From NCBI RefSeq assembly GCF_032191835.1, contig NC_083243.1:173910001-173974000 (forward strand): a stretch of 64,000 nucleotides of DNA, in the 5' to 3' direction. This document shows positions 59,415 through 64,000 of the stretch, in pieces (position 1 is the stretch's first letter; every line of letters starts with the position of its first letter). The stretch is from Heteronotia binoei. Its lineage: Eukaryota. The notes below the pieces were generated by a model. It saw only the letters and a program-made list of their open reading frames with translations, was not told where the DNA came from and ran no database searches. The position numbers and the translations under genes were made by a program.

Positions 59415-60710
59415 TGATACCCAGGAAGACACCCCTGTACTTATTCCCAAGCCATGCACCCCTGGAATGTGATATTGCAATGTAACCCTAGAATATTAAT
59501 TGGATACAGCAATGCCCATTTGAATTGGAATGGTCTTTCTTGCACATAAGGGAGACAAATCCAGTTCCTTCTTGACCCCAAAGCAGGTCTGTAATGTGAT
59601 TCTGGTTCACAGGCCAGAACAACATGATGCCAGCTGAAAGGTTGAGAAGCGTCCATCTTTCTGCTCCTGGGAATGAAAAAGTTTCGGGCTCAGAGAGGTG
59701 GTGTGGGCAGTGCCATAAAAATTCCTTCACTTTTGGCAACCTTTAAAAGTCCTGTTATCAAAGCATAAGGAAATAAGAATGACCCAGGAAACCTCCAACA
59801 CAAATAAATGGCTTGTGTCTGTCTGTTAATCCTCAGGACAAGACAGCAGGAAGGTTAGAGGCCAAGCACTCCTTTTGGTGTGAATGTGTGTTATAACCTG
59901 TAAACTGATCTCACAATTCTGACTTTTAACAAAGTTTCTATTTTTCTTTAATTAATTGCTAAGGCCATCAAAGTCAGCCAGTCCCCTGACCACTTGATGG
60001 ATGCCCATCCATGTTTGACACTAAGAGAGAAATCTATCACTTTTGGGGAGCTTCAAAGGAACCAGTTTTGGGAAAAACAAGGCCATAAAGTCATTTGGCC
60101 AGTGTAATTAAAATGCCTATGTTGGGGTATGGATCTATGATACGAATGGTCTCTGATTGGCTATTACACATATGACACCCCGACTTTCCATTGGTGTGAC
60201 ACTCTGCCCCCTCATTGGGTAGTGGAATTGAGTGATGTGACGTAATTTACCCTAGAAAACAGACAACCCAACCTGTCAGGTTTAGGGTTCGTGGATGCTG
60301 GTTGCAGAAGAAGAAAAAGGAAGGAAAAAGGGAATCCCTTCACCCTCTCCTTCCCCCACCCCCTTCCTACCCTCACCCCCCTCCTCTCAAGAGAAATCTC
60401 CCTCCAGAAGCCTTGCATTTTCCTCTGACTGAGTCTACCCTGCAAAGATCTAGGTATTGTATCACCCTCCCCCATCCTGCTTATTCAGCTAACCTCTTGT
60501 ATTCCTCTTGTATGCTTGAAATTGTTTGATTGAGAGGTAACTATTTGAAACCCTATGCTATAATAAAATCCATTATTAACCAAAGGATTTTCAGTGGTCT
60601 ATCTCCGTAGACAAAGACATAGATCCCATACACCTCACCTCTCGTAGGCCTACCATTTTGAGCTAAGAAATATTAACATTCCCCAATAAAAAGTTGTTTG
60701 AGGTGTAACA
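59415..60710 (+). repeat. 3' LTR (1296 bp)
   Basis: Copy of 48115-49410 at offset 11300; the short ORFs in the ORF track are identical in both copies. Confidence 0.97.
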
Positions 60711-62007
60711 GTAGGGTTCCGTGATTGAAGCGAGCCATTTCACACTTATCCGCTCTTATCTCGCTTCCACCAGCGCCAGCCGTTTTTGCCTGCCGGCTCG
60801 CGATCTCCAGCTTTTTTTTTTTTTTTTTGGAACGTCGGGCTAAGATCGCTATAGCGACATATCACAACAGCAGCACCATAGAGATGGCTAGGCTCTATTG
60901 AGATAAGTTACCAGGTTTCAGCGGTGGCGATATCTGGCATCTTAATGGAGCCCAGGCATCCCTATGGTGATGCTGTTGTGATACATCGCTATAGCGCTAT
61001 AGCGATCTTAGCCCGACGTTCCCCCCCCCAAAAAAGCCGGAAATCGCGCGCGCCGGCGGGCGAAAAAGGGCGCGAAAACTGCTCCCGGGTTAGATACTGG
61101 ACATTTCACACAGCACCCCATAGCGATTTCAACCCGGAAGGAGGGGTTGAAAAGTGGAAGAAGCTGCTCTTTGTTTGTAACGACTCAGGCACGCCTCACT
61201 ACCGGGACAGCCGCGGGAGTGTGTGAAAAGGTGAGAGTATTCCGGTAGCAGCCAGTTACTGAATCGGGTCTGTCTGAAATGCCAGCAGAAACCCGTTACT
61301 GTTCAGTAACTGACCAGCTTCCATACCGGAATACATAGACTGTGTGAAAAAGCCCTCTGTCAGGCACTAACTGTCTCTCCACAGATTCTGTCAGACACTA
61401 ACTACTGCCTCAGCCGTTAGCTGTCAATCTCACTGAGAGTTCTGAGCACTCTGGCCCCCACCCTCAGGTCACCTGACGCAGGCTCTGTGTGTCCTTGGTT
61501 TTCTGTTTAACCCATACCTTACTGTCACAGCCAGCCTCACCATGTTCATAGCCCAAGGCAAAAAGGCTTCAGTCCCCACCCCAGTCAGTTGTTTCCTCTG
61601 ATGGCAGTGGGGGAAGTGGTTCCAGAATAGTGCTGGGTGTAAGCACTGTACTCAAATATCCTAAAGAGACAAGAGAGTCCCATTCTAGAACAGCTACCTT
61701 AGGAAAACTGCATGCAGAGCTTAGAATTTATCTGGATTACAGGAGAAACAGAGCTGCAGCCAATCCATGTCCCTTCCTTCCAATGTCTAATAACATTACA
61801 ATGCATCATGTACTACCTTTATTCTTGCAGTCCTGCCTGCCATCAATGGCTATTAACTGGTGGTAGGACAACGAACAATGTGATGTTATTCAAGTAGGTT
61901 ACAAGGAAGAAGGAGGAAAGAGGCACGGAAGTGACATGGCTCTCTTGCGACTTCTAGCTGGACTGTTCGACATGCTTCTCTTCTCAGGTGGGACTAGTGC
62001 TAGTGAT

Positions 62008-63500
62008 TTTATTTATTTGTTTGTTTATGTTTATGTTAATTTTGATGCCGCCTTATCCCGCAAGTGGGCTCAGGGAGGATTACAGCAAATTTAAATAAAT
62101 AACAATGAATGATAAAAAATTAATAATAAATTTGACAGTTAAAACAATTTAAAAACCAGTTAAAATTACTTTGTTTCAGGTGGAAGACAAATAATCAGGC
62201 CGTAATACAAATAGAGCTGGAACTGATGATTTCTCAGTAGGCCTGACAGAAGGTGGGATACTGTGGCAAGGGAGGTCAGACTTGATGTACTGTGGGTGTC
62301 CGCTGCCTCACTCTGTGGATTGGTAAGACATTGCAAGTAACTAAAATCTTGGATGTGTCAGTCCCAGGCCATGCAGGGTTTTAAATGTCAGTACTAAAAC
62401 ATTTCAGGGAAATGGAAGAGGCCAGGTCTATCAATAATAAGACCTCCATGGAAGATACTAGGTTCTGGGCCTGCAAAGATGCATCATCATCAACATGGAC
62501 ATTGAAATCCCTCAAGACCAATAACTTGGGGAAGTCCAGTGCTCAGGTGGATACCATGTCCAGTAGGGCAGGCAGTGTATCTGGTGGTGCTTTAGGTGGT
62601 TGGTACACCAACCAGATGGTCAGGGCAACAGCTTCACCTTCCCACACCCAGGTCTTGGTCACACAAGCCAGTTCTACCTTTTGCTCCATGAGATAATGTT
62701 GGAATACAAGCTATGCACATTCCAGCCATTATATAGTTAACTGTTTGTTTACCTGATAGAGGAAGTGATGTATTGTGACCTAAACTCAATTGTGGGACGG
62801 TTCTTACTTTGCCCGCGAAAGTTGTGAACACAACATTGGTCAGAGAGGATGTTAGGTGTGAAATGCTTTGATCTTGTATGCAAGGTTTATTGCTCTTCTT
62901 CCTGGCGAAATGCTTTTTGGGGAGAAGAACAGTGTAGACAAAGAACGTAGCCATGTAGATAAGACGTAGATAGACTAGCTGGTAAGCTAGATGTTTATTC
63001 TGTTTTATCCCAAGTACCCTATCCTGATGTTTTCTAGTAAACTTTATTTCTTTTGCTAAGCTTAAGCCTCGACTCCAATTACTGCCACTCCAAACCTCTG
63101 AATTTAGCATGTATTTCCTAACATTTTGGTAGCAGATGATAAAAGATTCCAACAGATAATCTCACAGGACAGAGGTCTTATTATTGATAGACCTGGCATT
63201 AAACAACACCAGTGTTGGAGATGGGTAAACATTCCTAGCTCCACAACCGACATGTCTAGGGATGGGACAAAGGTGAGAAGAGGTCTGAGCATTCCCATAT
63301 CTCTGGCCTCTTCCATTTCCCTGAAACCTAGTCCCACCACCATACCACCCCTGCCCCTCTATTACTGGGATTTCCAACCCTTGCATGGCCTCTCCTGCTC
63401 AGGCGTTATTGGGCCAAAATGGTCCAGCTAAGCATCTGCAGAGGGACCAAACCTGTGGTCCAAGATTTTAGTTACTTGCAATGTCTTACCAACCCTCAGA
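62008..63500 (-). mobile_element. Heavily deleted L2 LINE (endonuclease remnants and tail)
   Basis: On - strand: LVLFNARSINNKTSVL, ELACVTKTW, VYQPP, LVLRDFNVHVDD; L2 tail tttatttatt...gccgccttatcccgcaagtgggctcaggg at about 62010. Confidence 0.7.
62697..63154 (-). mobile_element. Solo LTR (458 bp, Copia-like termini) inserted in L2
   Basis: TGTTGGAA...TTCCAACA 8-bp inverted termini; perfect 5-bp TSD GATAA (62692-62696, 63155-63159); TTTATT gives AATAAA on -. Confidence 0.8.
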
Positions 63501-64000
63501 TTATGGCTGAAGGCAGCATATTTTACCAGCCCTAAACTGCACCCCATTTTTGTTATTTCAATGTCCAACTAGATGTGGTCAAGGATTACATTATATTAAC
63601 TCTGCCCTTTCCCCTGCCTTACCTTGCTGTACCTTTTTCTTTAAGCATTTTGCTCCCAGCCTGGCACTGGGATACTGAAAGTGAGCTGGGATGGAAGAAA
63701 AATACTTGCCTTGCTTTCACTTCAGGCCTTACTACTTGTTAAGCTTTTCTGTAGAGAAATCCACTGGTTGCACGAAGAGATGTGTTTTGAAGTTCTGTAC
63801 TTCCCAGGTACGATCAGTCAGTTCAGATCAGGACCATGGCATACGGGGGGCAGCCCTTACATGCCTTTTTGACTAGGTCTCTATTGTCCCTAAAAGCCAG
63901 CAATGCATATTCCAGCTTGCAACTTTTTAGTTTAGAAAAAAGATTACTAATGTACGATGCGGAGGAAATGGAGAGAGAGGATGTTTTCTTCCTCTCCCAA

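Larger units (their letters stand above)
48115..60710 (+). mobile_element. Full-length, intact, env-less retrovirus-like LTR element (lokiretrovirus-like / class III-related), 12596 bp
   Basis: TSD GTAG (48111-48114, 60711-60714); two 1296-bp TG...CA LTRs; PBS; gag; pol; PPT. Confidence 0.95.
48004..61354. mobile_element. Palindromic non-autonomous DNA element (TTCACAC-type termini, PIF/Harbinger-like?) split by the provirus into 48004-48114 and 60711-61354
   Basis: Termini ggcccttttcacac / gtgtgaaaaagcc; repeated TTTCACAC/GTGTGAAA motifs; CpG-rich internal inverted repeat at about 60830-61022. Confidence 0.6.

Noticed and set aside
48115-60710. Foamy virus identity (long LTRs, 4-bp TSD, no zinc knuckle)
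   Set aside because: gag and pol are in frame across a UAG, Gag has an MHR, the PBS is Ala rather than Lys, there is no env or tas/bet, and the tether is Gypsy-like.
61460-61560. Candidate penultimate ASIC4 exon (- strand, CAG|GTGAC donor)
   Set aside because: The translation (...KVWVKQKTKDTQSLRQ) does not convincingly match ASIC4, and there is an upstream in-frame stop without a clear acceptor.

Overview
Vertebrate genomic DNA, very likely a gekkotan lizard (inferred from the SINE, CR1, L2 and hAT repeat content). Host genes: (1) complete 4-exon CHPF on the + strand (CDS 4063-4361, 12126-12690, 14259-14441, 34685-35950; 2313 nt = 770 aa + stop; all introns GT-AG and in phase) behind a CpG-rich promoter; (2) the last coding exon and 3' UTR of ASIC4 on the - strand (46877-46996), tail-to-tail with CHPF as in human 2q35. 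The standout is a 12.6-kb LTR retroelement (48115-60710) lying antisense in what is probably the last ASIC4 intron. It has two 1296-bp LTRs with no difference found by eye, a 4-bp TSD (GTAG), a tRNA-Ala(AGC) primer-binding site present as three tandem copies, and an intact 778-aa Gag (coiled coil, PPPY, PSAP, MHR, no zinc knuckle). One UAG separates Gag from an in-frame intact Pol (PR-RT-degenerate Ty3/Gypsy-like RNase H-second RNase H-IN). There is no env ORF, only a short transmembrane-like remnant, followed by about 3 kb of non-coding DNA. The architecture best fits a very young, env-less lokiretrovirus-like or class III-related retrovirus. The rest is a dense repeat landscape: a near full-length decayed CR1, L2, a Rex1/Babar-like LINE, SINEs, several hAT MITEs with 8-bp TSDs, a solo LTR and a minisatellite. 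All family names come from remembered consensus motifs, not from database searches.
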